From the IMG/VR virus record IMGVR_UViG_3300002460_000021, positions 34,682 to 98,681 of that record: a DNA stretch of 64,000 bases; one strand, written 5' to 3'. Shown here piece after piece: positions 27,793 through 37,107 of the stretch. Made by a program: the position numbers and the translations under genes. The stretch is from a virus. Position 1 is the stretch's first letter; every line of letters starts with the position of its first letter. The notes under the pieces were generated by a model. That model did no database searches. It saw only the letters and a list, made by a program, of their open reading frames with translations, and had not been told where the DNA came from.

Positions 27793-28089
27793 CTACTCCC
27801 TAAGTTTGTGATAAAGCTGCCATCCCGATATCGCTGCGCCGGGTATGTATATAACCCAGCGACTAAGCCAGCTATCGGCAGGAAGCCAGTACATAGGAAC
27901 TTGCCAGAGAATAAACAGCGTAGCGGCAATCCAGAACGACATGCACAACGGGCATGCTAGTAGTTCGACCACCCACGAATCGCTGACCTCCAATCTTGCG
28001 CGGCAGGTCGCGAATAGGCTGCCATGAAACCAGACCATCATCACCCCACACGTGGCGAGCACCCAGAATAACAAATCTAGCGCAATCAT
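27793..28089 (-). CDS. DUF1360-like membrane protein
   Basis: Hydrophobic helices with ELLACPLCMSFW motif; ATG at 28089 after a GAGGT RBS. Confidence 0.7.
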   Translation of the reverse strand: MIALDLLFWVLATCGVMMVWFHGSLFATCRARLEVSDSWVVELLACPLCMSFWIAATLFILWQVPMYWLPADSWLSRWVIYIPGAAISGWQLYHKLRE

Positions 28090-28102
28090 AGTGCTAAACC
28101 TC

Positions 28103-28116
28103 AATATCCGGATATT
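28103..28116. repeat. AATATCCGGATATT palindrome, copy 6 (extends to 22 bp, 28099-28120)
   Basis: Exact match; overlaps an adjacent hairpin. Confidence 0.97.
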
Positions 28117-28147
28117 GAGGGGCCGGGTTACGTTACCCGGCCCCTCA
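28116..28147. promoter_or_regulatory. GC-rich hairpin at the head of the leftward operon
   Basis: TGAGGGGCCGGGT-TACGTT-ACCCGGCCCCTCA, 13-bp perfect stem. Confidence 0.6.
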
Positions 28148-28610
28148 GTTCTTACCTCTATAGTTTTATGCTTACGTTTACAGTAAATCTAGGCTCTATT
28201 CACTACGTGCAGTAATGCGACCATGGCAAATATTACCACTATCATTGGCAAGAAGTTACCATAATCAAATATACTGTAAATTGCGCTGCTGAGTATCATT
28301 AAAAATGCGAATACGCTAAACGTACCAGATTCCATTACTGGGGCTCCTGGCTGGCCCGCGGCCAAGTCAGGCAGTTTCCGTTCTTGACCGAGGGTTCGGC
28401 AAATATAGGGCCTTGCGGCATTTCACAAGAATCCGTTACACTCATCCCTAGGCCTTACGGCATGGGAATTACGCTACGTATCACTTCTTGTGGTAGCGCC
28501 AGAGCCACGCGATCGCCGCGAACGGAAGTACGACGATCTCGATGACGATTCCCAATAGCGTGTGCCACAAATCCTCTAGTGGCTGCAGCTCGGGATCGTG
28601 TCTTTGAGAA

Positions 28611-30437
28611 TTGGGCATGGATGTTTCCCTTAAATCGGCTTTCACTTCTGCAGGATGTAACGATTACACCCAGCTAACTGACATCCAGCGGCTGGAGTTA
28701 TTCCAAAAGCTTGTGGCGCCAGAAAAACTCCCCACCTTAGTGCCCCTACTGCCTTTACTTTTGTCCTTGAAGGGTCGCCCCTATACCCTACAGAATCACT
28801 TTCCCTTTGAATCCTTATTTTCTACACATGTCCCTCATAAACTTGTTATCCGCTCTGGCCGACAAGTAGCGAAGTCTAGCTCGATCGCAGCGCGAGGTGT
28901 AGTCACGTGCGCGGCACGACCTTATTTTAAAATGCTATACCTCACACCGTTACACGAGCAAATCTTGCGATTTTCAAATGACTATATACGACCATTATTA
29001 GAAGATTCTCCTATTCGTCGATTTATGTCGACACGCAATAGCACAGGATCAGTGTTGCGCCGCGCGTTTAGTAATCGTGCTGTTATGTACTTCTCGTACG
29101 CATTTCAATCCGTAGAACGCGTGCGCGGCCTCAGCCTAGATGCCGTTGCGGTGGACGAAGTGCAGGACCTGGATCCTAACCATCTGCCCGTCATTGAAGA
29201 AACCATGTCCGCGTCTGAATACGGGCTATTCCAATATACCGGAACTAGTAAGACCAGGGACGGTACGCTAGAAGGCCTATGGATGAGTTCTAGCCAAGCC
29301 GAGTGGTGTATTCTTTGTCAGGCCTGCAAACATTTAAATGTTCCGTCCATGGAGTACGACCTAGATAAAATGATCGGCGCTTATCGGGATGATATTTCAG
29401 AAGAACGCCCGGGCATCATATGCGCCAAATGCGGCAGATCTATTTTTCCTCGCTCAGGCCGCTGGGTGCACACGTATCCAGAACGAGTAAAGGACTTTGC
29501 TGGTTACCATATACCGCAGATCATTCTGCCGATGCATTACGCCAAGCCTGAGAAGTGGCGCGCCCTACTGGGCAAGCGGCAAGGCGCGGGTAACTTCACA
29601 ACCGCCAAGTTCTATAACGAGGTGCTCGGCGAAGCCTACGATATTGCTACTAAGCTGGTTAATAAATCAGACCTCGAGAAAGCTGGCATACTGCATCAAA
29701 ATGTCGAGGATGTAGCGATTACCAAGATGGATAGGTATAGCCACAAAGTACTAGCCGTAGACTGGGGCGGCGGCGGTGAGACTGGCGTATCCTTAACAGC
29801 AATAGCTGTGTTGGGCGCCAGGCCTGACGGAATTATCGATGTTATCTTTGGTAAACGCTTGTTAACGCCACACGATCATGTGGGTGAGGCCAAAGAAGCG
29901 CTGCGTCTCTATCATCGATTTGGCTGCGACGTGCTCTGCCATGACTTCACTGGCGCTGGCAACCTACGTGAAACATTCCTAATACAGAACGGCCTACCGT
30001 ACGATAGGAGTATTCGTATTACATACACCGGGCTAGTTACTAAAGCCGCTATGTCATATAAGCCAGCAACCGCTAGCAATCCCCGCGACTATTACCTGGT
30101 CGATAAAACGCGCGCGTTACAGTTGACGTGTTACTCTATCAGATTTGGTCGCCTGCTGTTTTTTGCTTACGACTATAAGTCACAAGACGAGCCAGGCCTG
30201 CTGCATGATTTTTTATCATTGATTGAAAACAAGGTCGCCAGGCCATCAGGTTCCGATGTGTACACTATTCAAAGAAGTCCTGCTTATCCCGATGATTTTG
30301 CACAGGCTGTTAACATAGGCTGCTGCACTATCTGGCGCATACTAGACGCGTGGCCCGACTTTGGCGGAATAGAGCTGGCCGCGGCAGACCAGGCAGAGTC
30401 CATGTGTCTTAATCAGGTTGGTTACGAGGATTACTAA
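28611..30437 (+). CDS. terL: Terminase large subunit (GpA-like)
   Basis: Walker A GRQVAKS, Walker B VDEVQD, coupling motif GTSK, CxxC pairs, FYNEVLGE, nuclease motif VDWGGG and terminal DD. Confidence 0.88.
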   Translation: MGMDVSLKSAFTSAGCNDYTQLTDIQRLELFQKLVAPEKLPTLVPLLPLLLSLKGRPYTLQNHFPFESLFSTHVPHKLVIRSGRQVAKSSSIAARGVVTCAARPYFKMLYLTPLHEQILRFSNDYIRPLLEDSPIRRFMSTRNSTGSVLRRAFSNRAVMYFSYAFQSVERVRGLSLDAVAVDEVQDLDPNHLPVIEETMSASEYGLFQYTGTSKTRDGTLEGLWMSSSQAEWCILCQACKHLNVPSMEYDLDKMIGAYRDDISEERPGIICAKCGRSIFPRSGRWVHTYPERVKDFAGYHIPQIILPMHYAKPEKWRALLGKRQGAGNFTTAKFYNEVLGEAYDIATKLVNKSDLEKAGILHQNVEDVAITKMDRYSHKVLAVDWGGGGETGVSLTAIAVLGARPDGIIDVIFGKRLLTPHDHVGEAKEALRLYHRFGCDVLCHDFTGAGNLRETFLIQNGLPYDRSIRITYTGLVTKAAMSYKPATASNPRDYYLVDKTRALQLTCYSIRFGRLLFFAYDYKSQDEPGLLHDFLSLIENKVARPSGSDVYTIQRSPAYPDDFAQAVNIGCCTIWRILDAWPDFGGIELAAADQAESMCLNQVGYEDY

Positions 30438-30440
30438 TTA

Positions 30441-30662
30441 TTACGCACGTTCGCGTCTAGGCGTAGCGCGCCACGATTTAGAAGTACCTGAAATACACTG
30501 AATTTCATTATCGCAACTTCGTCTTACTGTTGAATTACCTGTCCCGCAATAACTGCCGGTAACTTTTGAATGACTGCAGTATGTGTGCTGCCCGGTAGCT
30601 CCGCTTACGCTGACACTAAAGATCGCGCGAAATAATAGTGGCGGTTGACATGTAGGTAGCAA
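30441..30662 (-). CDS. Ser/Arg-rich microprotein (member 10, divergent)
   Basis: 73 aa; FSVSVSG...CSHS...SKSWR; AGGAG RBS. Confidence 0.5.
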   Translation of the reverse strand: MLPTCQPPLLFRAIFSVSVSGATGQHTYCSHSKVTGSYCGTGNSTVRRSCDNEIQCISGTSKSWRATPRRERA

Positions 30663-30674
30663 AGCTACTCCTAG

Positions 30675-32294
30675 TTACAATTTTGAACTGTAGTCTTCGT
30701 TGGCAGTCCTAGTAATCGTATCAAGGCCGTACGATACGGCCTCACTAATACGATCTGGACGTTTCTTCACTCCGCCGTTTTTAGGCGGATTAAACGCCTT
30801 GGCTATATCTAATATATTTCGACCCCAGCCCGGGTGTATACAAAATGGCGGCAATCCGGCCTTTAGCGCTATTTGTTCTACAAACATAAAGAATTTAAAC
30901 GCACTGCTATATTTCGATCGGACAGGCAGATCGAAATGGACCGTCTTGTTCTTATAGATCAGACACCCGGCATACCACGTATTTTCATTCTGGTCGCGGT
31001 ACTCCTCGTTAATTTTAAATGTGTAGTTACATATGCTCGTCCCTTCGCCGTCAATCCATTGGTTATTTCTTTCAACAATGATGTATTGATTGACCTTTAT
31101 CGTGCGCGCCGCCCAGTTATTCTTACCCAGCCGCGTATAGCGCCTACGGCTATGTTCGTGGCAGCTATCTAGAAACTTACCTTTGGCGTACTCCGGCATG
31201 TTCAATGCGCGTAGCAGCCCCTCGGCCTCGCCGTCGCTACACTTTTCCAAGTGCTTGTCCAATGCCTGCGGCCAGGGCAGCGCGCATTTATTAAGTTCGT
31301 GCAGCCAGCTAGAGCACCAGGAGATTTTGTCGTGATCTATTGCGTCGTGGTCGCTGACAGATCCATTAGCGGCTATGGCTTGCCTAAATACTTTGTGCGA
31401 CAGGTCGGCTTCCCAGAACACCCAGTGTTTCTTAGGTAGGTTGTTCCAGACGTGCGGATATCTAGTAGTGTCGTTGTAATAAAGTACAAGCGGGAGATAG
31501 CCGTCATTGTCTCGCAGATAACACGCTTGTAGGCGTAACACCAGCCCTGGATCGGCGAACGCAAATGCGGTGTTACCAAAATCTACATGGGGCGCAATCA
31601 CGGTATCATAAAATGCCAACCCGGCCTCTGTACCTTTCCTGCTGGGTTTAGTTCGCCCAGGCGGCATGTAGCGAAAATCCGCGTAATAAGGGCGTTTATC
31701 CGCCGTGCACCCCAACTGCCAGAATCCAGATATCATTCCAGGCAGACCGTGCGCGGCTAGAAAAAGACTACGGTTTTTTGTGAGTTTGCCGTTGGGTCTC
31801 GATAAGCCATTTGGCCTACCTAATCCCACGTACTTACTCATGGACGCGTACCAGCGTGACTGTACGCCTATTGGTGGCGTTATGTGCAATTGTTCGTTTA
31901 ATTTGTGCCTTTCCAAGCTATCCTGCACATAGCTTTCCTGGGCTGCTTTCCAGAATTTGTGTGTTCTTTCTCGCACGTCCGATATTAAATTTACATACTC
32001 GTCTACAATGTATTGCTGTCTGTCTTCGGCATTAAATAAAGGGACCCCTGCTGCGGATAGCTTACGTATCGTCGTCGGGATGTCTAGTTTCCACATTAGA
32101 CTAGCCAGTTTAATTAGATCGCCGTTAGCGTGACATACGGAGCAATTAAACCACTCCCAGTCGATAACGGGTTCTCTATAAATTGACAGCGCGCCGCCAC
32201 AGAAAGGACATATAATCGTCATAGGCAAGGCCTGGGCTGTCACTGTAATGCCCAGACAGGGTAAAATTGCAGCTGAGCGCGCATGGCGCATCAT
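30675..32294 (-). CDS. Protein with N-terminal primase-type (CHC2-like) zinc finger
   Basis: CPFC...WFNCSVCHANGDLI; no recognisable TOPRIM acidic motifs. Confidence 0.6.
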   Translation of the reverse strand: MMRHARSAAILPCLGITVTAQALPMTIICPFCGGALSIYREPVIDWEWFNCSVCHANGDLIKLASLMWKLDIPTTIRKLSAAGVPLFNAEDRQQYIVDEYVNLISDVRERTHKFWKAAQESYVQDSLERHKLNEQLHITPPIGVQSRWYASMSKYVGLGRPNGLSRPNGKLTKNRSLFLAAHGLPGMISGFWQLGCTADKRPYYADFRYMPPGRTKPSRKGTEAGLAFYDTVIAPHVDFGNTAFAFADPGLVLRLQACYLRDNDGYLPLVLYYNDTTRYPHVWNNLPKKHWVFWEADLSHKVFRQAIAANGSVSDHDAIDHDKISWCSSWLHELNKCALPWPQALDKHLEKCSDGEAEGLLRALNMPEYAKGKFLDSCHEHSRRRYTRLGKNNWAARTIKVNQYIIVERNNQWIDGEGTSICNYTFKINEEYRDQNENTWYAGCLIYKNKTVHFDLPVRSKYSSAFKFFMFVEQIALKAGLPPFCIHPGWGRNILDIAKAFNPPKNGGVKKRPDRISEAVSYGLDTITRTANEDYSSKL

Positions 32295-32358
32295 GGTGAT
32301 TGGTGATGGCGGTTCCTTATAGTGTTTGCGAAATCCACTTTTCCGCGGAGCTGTGTTT

Positions 32359-33507
32359 ATGGCATCCATGACTTCGTCCTTAGCTGATGATAACGGGCAA
32401 CACCTTTATCGCCTGGCTACTTTATACCCTTTGCCCGAATTTGTCAAAGATGCTTCCAGCAATGAACTCTTTGGCGACAATGAGCTGTCAGAACTTTCCT
32501 GGGGCGACCCTGTTAGAAAGCAACTGCCCGGGCATACCAAGGCGGCTACTTGGTTTAGTTTAGCTAGCTTGTGGCTTGGCGACCTCGACCTGGCGCCCAA
32601 TGAAGTTAGCACGGCAGAAGAACGCTTGCTGAAGCTAGCTGAGTTCCACGGCCTGGACGGGATTGCTAGTCTCAAGGAGCAGCTACGCACCAAACCAGCT
32701 GCAATAGATTACGCGTTGACTGTTACCTATCCGGACGGTACCGTAACACAGCGGTACCCATTACGTAACGAAGAAGAGGTTAAAACAGCCGCCAGTTATT
32801 TAAAGAAATATCGTGACGTGATCCCGTACTCCGAGAAACAGAGTATGGCAGAAGTTATTCTAACCAAGGCGGCATCGTTTAATATGACATGGGAAGTGGA
32901 CCAAGAGATTTTTCTAGAGCAGCAGGCGGGCCGAGGCACATGTGCCGCGGCAGACGCCGCCGCTTTCTTAGAGGACCGCGCCGCTTTCCTGCAACGAAAA
33001 GACGCTGATGTCAGTAAATTACTAAAATCTGCTGCAACTGAGTGCCGTAAGTCTCCGGCCACAGTACGTTCTCCGCTAGCGTTACAAAAATTAGCCACGT
33101 TAGTAGATCGTATGGACAGAGAATTCGGACTAGCCAAAGATTACGACGAAGGCATCACGCGGCCGGAAGAAGTCCTATTTGCGGTAACCACGAAGACAGC
33201 CGCTGTTGTCGAAGCCGAGCACATTCCCACTACGACTGGAAACGTGTACCGCACTAACGATCTAGGCCGGCTCAATCTGTGCGCTGTCCGTGATGTCTTC
33301 GGTAACAGCGGCGCGGCAGCCATTTCTGCTGGAGGTCTTGTTATTTCTCCCGAGAAGGCCGCAGAAGTCCTATCCACATTGCCTAGGTCGGACATGACTC
33401 TTATGGATCGCTTACTAGCCGAGTCTGGCGTATATCCAGTAGCCAAAGAGGCCGGAGCCGGCGGCGGATGGTTAGACAATGCCGCTCTTCGTAAGTTGGC
33501 TAATTAA
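32359..33507 (+). CDS. Hypothetical protein rich in KxA motifs (possibly head-associated)
   Basis: Long ORF with GGAG RBS; about 11 KxA tripeptides. Confidence 0.6.
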   Translation: MASMTSSLADDNGQHLYRLATLYPLPEFVKDASSNELFGDNELSELSWGDPVRKQLPGHTKAATWFSLASLWLGDLDLAPNEVSTAEERLLKLAEFHGLDGIASLKEQLRTKPAAIDYALTVTYPDGTVTQRYPLRNEEEVKTAASYLKKYRDVIPYSEKQSMAEVILTKAASFNMTWEVDQEIFLEQQAGRGTCAAADAAAFLEDRAAFLQRKDADVSKLLKSAATECRKSPATVRSPLALQKLATLVDRMDREFGLAKDYDEGITRPEEVLFAVTTKTAAVVEAEHIPTTTGNVYRTNDLGRLNLCAVRDVFGNSGAAAISAGGLVISPEKAAEVLSTLPRSDMTLMDRLLAESGVYPVAKEAGAGGGWLDNAALRKLAN

Positions 33508-33524
33508 ATGTAACCTGGAAGGAG

Positions 33525-34046
33525 TTGAGGATGCAGACGATGGCAACTTCTGCGCACGAATCTGGCAATAAGCCGCCGCCATTATCTATAGCAGTCCGAG
33601 CACTATTAGCGAGAGACGTCGCCTCTGTTTTAAATATTGAGAAACTGAGTTACGCCAATCCGTGGACGGCCGATGATCTAAGACGCGTGTTAAAACGAAA
33701 ACATTGTTCCGCGTTTGTAGCTATCATTAATCAGCAGACTGTCGGCTATGTTGTTCTCGAGGCGCTGCCGCGCACGTTACAGGTTCTCAACATGGCCGTT
33801 CATCCACATGTGCGGCGCCGCGGGATCGGCCGCAAGTTGATCGGCTGGTTAGCCGATCAACTTGGCAGCACCGATCGCCGGCGTATCGTCACTGAAGTGC
33901 GGGAAACCAATCTGGCTATGCAGCTTTTCTTACGTGAGGTTCATTTTAAAGCAGTAGAAGTCTTACCCAAGTATTACGACGATTGTAGTGAAGACGCCTA
34001 CCGCTTCGTATATGACCTTCCCTGCTCTAACAACGCCGCGCCCTGA
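33525..34046 (+). CDS. rimI: RimI-like GNAT acetyltransferase
   Basis: IEKLSYANPW, LNMAVHPHVRRRGIG, EVRETN..Q.F, YY...EDA. Confidence 0.92.
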   Translation: MRMQTMATSAHESGNKPPPLSIAVRALLARDVASVLNIEKLSYANPWTADDLRRVLKRKHCSAFVAIINQQTVGYVVLEALPRTLQVLNMAVHPHVRRRGIGRKLIGWLADQLGSTDRRRIVTEVRETNLAMQLFLREVHFKAVEVLPKYYDDCSEDAYRFVYDLPCSNNAAP

Positions 34047-34269
34047 CTTTTAACGAAGTAGTCAAGTACACTACAGCGCCACACTTTAGTGGCTTGTCTG
34101 GCGTATACTCCATGCTAGCAACTACCTCATTAGCGGCGTTAACTAGCTCAATACGGCTAGCGTAGCGCGCCGCACCAGTGCGAGTCTTACGAACGGCTAT
34201 GACAGGATTACGCGTACCGTGCCGTCGGTTACTAGCTATCGTGTGCCTATTAACATGTATAACAGCTAT
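34027..34269 (-). CDS. Small phage protein missed by the ORF track (probable ATA start)
   Basis: IAVIHVNRHTIASNRRHGTRNPVIAVRK...YTPDKPLKCGAVVYLTT; resembles a common phage hypothetical family; G-rich RBS-like run upstream. Confidence 0.7.
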   Translation of the reverse strand: MAVIHVNRHTIASNRRHGTRNPVIAVRKTRTGAARYASRIELVNAANEVVASMEYTPDKPLKCGAVVYLTTSLKVRARRC

Positions 34270-35459
34270 ACGCCACCCCCTAGCTGTGCAACAGTCTCCA
34301 GCATGCCTGGTACACTGTCTGCTTCGATAAGCATATTAACTATCGGGGCTATCGTCTGACGAATAACTTCATCATTAGATGAGCTGTTCCAGGCCTGAGC
34401 ACTATCGAACTCCCCGTCACTAATTAGCACATCTTGGAGAACATCTTGTCTGCGCTGCTTTAGTTCTTCATGAAGCGTACTGTCGAAACTGGTAGAGTCT
34501 ATTAGCTCGCGTTTAAACGCCGTAATGCTGCTTGTTTTCAGTCTGCGGCTGGCCCTTGTCAAGTAGCCCCTGGCAGCTAGCTCTACTAGCATATTGTCAT
34601 TATCGGCCACTGCAATTTGAGACAGAAAGTTTCTAGCGGCATCTGCTAGCCGCCAGCGCGGTTCACATATAGCAGTTATCATGTTTTCCAAGGCCGCCGC
34701 TACCTCTACTAGTCTGGCCTCATCCGCCTCCTCATCTTCGCTGGCAAAACTAGAGCTAGGCATGGCAACGGGCAGGCGGCGCCACGTAAGATGAAATTTC
34801 GATCCAATGCGCCCCCTGCCCGGAACTACATAGCCGGATCCTAAATCCTCTCTTCCAGGGATGAGTTGACGTATTTCTTCAAACGAATCCGGATGTCGCT
34901 CCTTTAGATCATTGAGCATGTTTTCATAGCTGGCTGGTTCGGTAAACTTGTGTATTGCTAGGTTAAAAATGTCTGCTAGCTGCTGTAACTTAGCGCGGCA
35001 CTCAGGCCATTTTTCTTGCAGTATCACACGTACAGCGCGTGCATGTAACGTCTTATCGATAGCTACACGGGCCTTATTCTGCTGCTCAGCAGACAGTGTT
35101 TGATCGTTTTCTTCCTCTTCAGTGGCGCTGGGACGCCTGGAGTAGTGCCCCAGGATTTCCGTTAGTTGCTTACTGATAGCGCTAAATGTTTGCCGCGCGT
35201 CTTTCGGCAATAGATTCCAACGCGGCGCCGACACATCCTCGGTTATAGTTTCTCCGTCTTTAATTACCGACGCGTGTCTAACGTGCGGGCGCCCCGACCA
35301 GTATCCAAAACTATACCGCACTAGTACACACATGCGCTGTGCTGCTTGTACGAACGCCCTGTCCGGCTGATCCAGTAATTTCTCTAGTTCGGTACGCACA
35401 CTGTAAGGAACAATCCTGGGCGCCGCTGTTAAACAAATCACCCTATGGTCATTATTCAT
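34266..35459 (-). CDS. Hypothetical helical protein (possibly DUF3150-like)
   Basis: 397-aa ORF downstream of the AAA/vWA pair; family call is weak. Confidence 0.55.
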   Translation of the reverse strand: MNNDHRVICLTAAPRIVPYSVRTELEKLLDQPDRAFVQAAQRMCVLVRYSFGYWSGRPHVRHASVIKDGETITEDVSAPRWNLLPKDARQTFSAISKQLTEILGHYSRRPSATEEEENDQTLSAEQQNKARVAIDKTLHARAVRVILQEKWPECRAKLQQLADIFNLAIHKFTEPASYENMLNDLKERHPDSFEEIRQLIPGREDLGSGYVVPGRGRIGSKFHLTWRRLPVAMPSSSFASEDEEADEARLVEVAAALENMITAICEPRWRLADAARNFLSQIAVADNDNMLVELAARGYLTRASRRLKTSSITAFKRELIDSTSFDSTLHEELKQRRQDVLQDVLISDGEFDSAQAWNSSSNDEVIRQTIAPIVNMLIEADSVPGMLETVAQLGGGV

Positions 35460-36393
35460 TAACTGCTCCGGCTATTAAGTTTGGAAGAAGTTGCAACTGC
35501 CATTTATTATTTACTTGTCGCGCTACTCCCATTTGAAGTTTTAAGTGGTCTAGGCTGGAATCCAGCCAATGTGCCACAACAACTACCGCGGTGTTTGTTT
35601 CGAGACTAGCGGCGGCCAGAGTTAAATATTCGTTGTTGTCACCCAGAAGTGCCATATTTCGTAACCAAACATCGACTAGCCAGCGGCACGGAACTATCTC
35701 CAACACGAATTCTAGTGGTGCTTTCCTGTCGTAATAGCTTCGGCGGTATCCTAACGAGCTCCAGTAACTTGAGGCGCTACTCGGCAAACACAACTTAATT
35801 TGAGAGGTTCTTACTTTGTCGTCTGGGTGCTTGCTAATTATATACGTTTTAAATACATGTATTGCGTAGTCTTTTAGTGCGGTCTTCTGCCGAGCCGCCC
35901 TACTAATTTCTTCAGGCGGCGCGCATACGAAGCTAGAACCACCTGCCCCTAGGCCGTGCCTCATACGCAAAAGTTGTACTCTGCTATACGCATGTGTTTG
36001 TTCGTAGCTATCTTGCAACGTAACTGGAACTTGTCGTCTAATAATGGCCACTATCGATGAGCGTCTTTTTCTTCGATAATACGAGCGCTGATCATTGCTT
36101 AGGCGCTTTCTCCAGAACGCCATAAATTTAAAACATTTTGGTAGCGGCGCCCCGGTCAAAGTCGCTAACGCGAGCTCATGCTGTCGTGTAAGTTTACAGT
36201 GACCGGTAATTACTAAATCTTTTCCTATCACGGCAACGCTGTGTATATGGCGCCCGCAATGAATATTAGCTTTAGGCGCAGCGGCCAGTCTCAATTCATG
36301 TCTTTTAAGCGTTCTACGCTGTCTCTTAGATAACCGCGCTATTTTCTTACGCTTAACTTTAGGCACAGCGGTAGCCTCAGTCGTAGTTTCCAC
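35452..36393 (-). CDS. Hypothetical basic protein
   Basis: 313 aa with a GGAGG RBS. Confidence 0.6.
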   Translation of the reverse strand: METTTEATAVPKVKRKKIARLSKRQRRTLKRHELRLAAAPKANIHCGRHIHSVAVIGKDLVITGHCKLTRQHELALATLTGAPLPKCFKFMAFWRKRLSNDQRSYYRRKRRSSIVAIIRRQVPVTLQDSYEQTHAYSRVQLLRMRHGLGAGGSSFVCAPPEEISRAARQKTALKDYAIHVFKTYIISKHPDDKVRTSQIKLCLPSSASSYWSSLGYRRSYYDRKAPLEFVLEIVPCRWLVDVWLRNMALLGDNNEYLTLAAASLETNTAVVVVAHWLDSSLDHLKLQMGVARQVNNKWQLQLLPNLIAGAVNE

Positions 36394-36423
36394 GACATTC
36401 CTCCGAACATACTAGGTTATTTG

Positions 36424-37107
36424 TTAGCCTGGAAGTGAGTGCAACAGTCGCTGCGCGAGCTTCTTGGTGCTACCTTCACGCAACGGTAGTGCTACAAGCT
36501 GATCAATGAGTTGTCTTAATCGTTTTCGTACGGTGTTGTTGATGTCGTCTGTCTTGCTCTTCTCGGCGCCCCATATTGCAGAAAACATCTCAGGATCATC
36601 CGAGTAGTCAGACGACACATTACTAATGATTGCCTGATCGTGAATGGCCATTTTCAGAATATCTGGCGGGGACATGATACCTTCGTTACGCAGCAGTGCT
36701 CCAAGGTAAGCGCGTATGTCATCGCTAAACGGTGTCTCGTCGTTAGGATCCGGTGGCGATAGAAGTAGGGCTTCCGTTATACCCCACGCTGCGTCGGTGG
36801 CACTCGCTGGAATGAACCAGCCAACAGGCGCTGAATTGCCGGCTAGCACGACGCACAAGTCATTAAACATGGATAGATCACGATAGAAATCATCGGTTGT
36901 GACCAGGTGTATTCCGGCCATAAGTCTATCGAGATTATGCGTAGGAAGTGCCGCGCCCGACTCATCGCGTATCTCGTGGATCAAGGTCTCTGGCGCCCAG
37001 GTAAATGCCTCGGGGCCAAAACGATCCATAGCCATGACTACTAGCGTTGTAGCCATGGCATCCTGGTCCTTCCAGTAATCCGCTTCACGCCGATGCAGTG
37101 GTTTCAA
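36424..37107 (-). CDS. Hypothetical protein
   Basis: 227-aa ORF in the operon. Confidence 0.7.
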   Translation of the reverse strand: MKPLHRREADYWKDQDAMATTLVVMAMDRFGPEAFTWAPETLIHEIRDESGAALPTHNLDRLMAGIHLVTTDDFYRDLSMFNDLCVVLAGNSAPVGWFIPASATDAAWGITEALLLSPPDPNDETPFSDDIRAYLGALLRNEGIMSPPDILKMAIHDQAIISNVSSDYSDDPEMFSAIWGAEKSKTDDINNTVRKRLRQLIDQLVALPLREGSTKKLAQRLLHSLPG

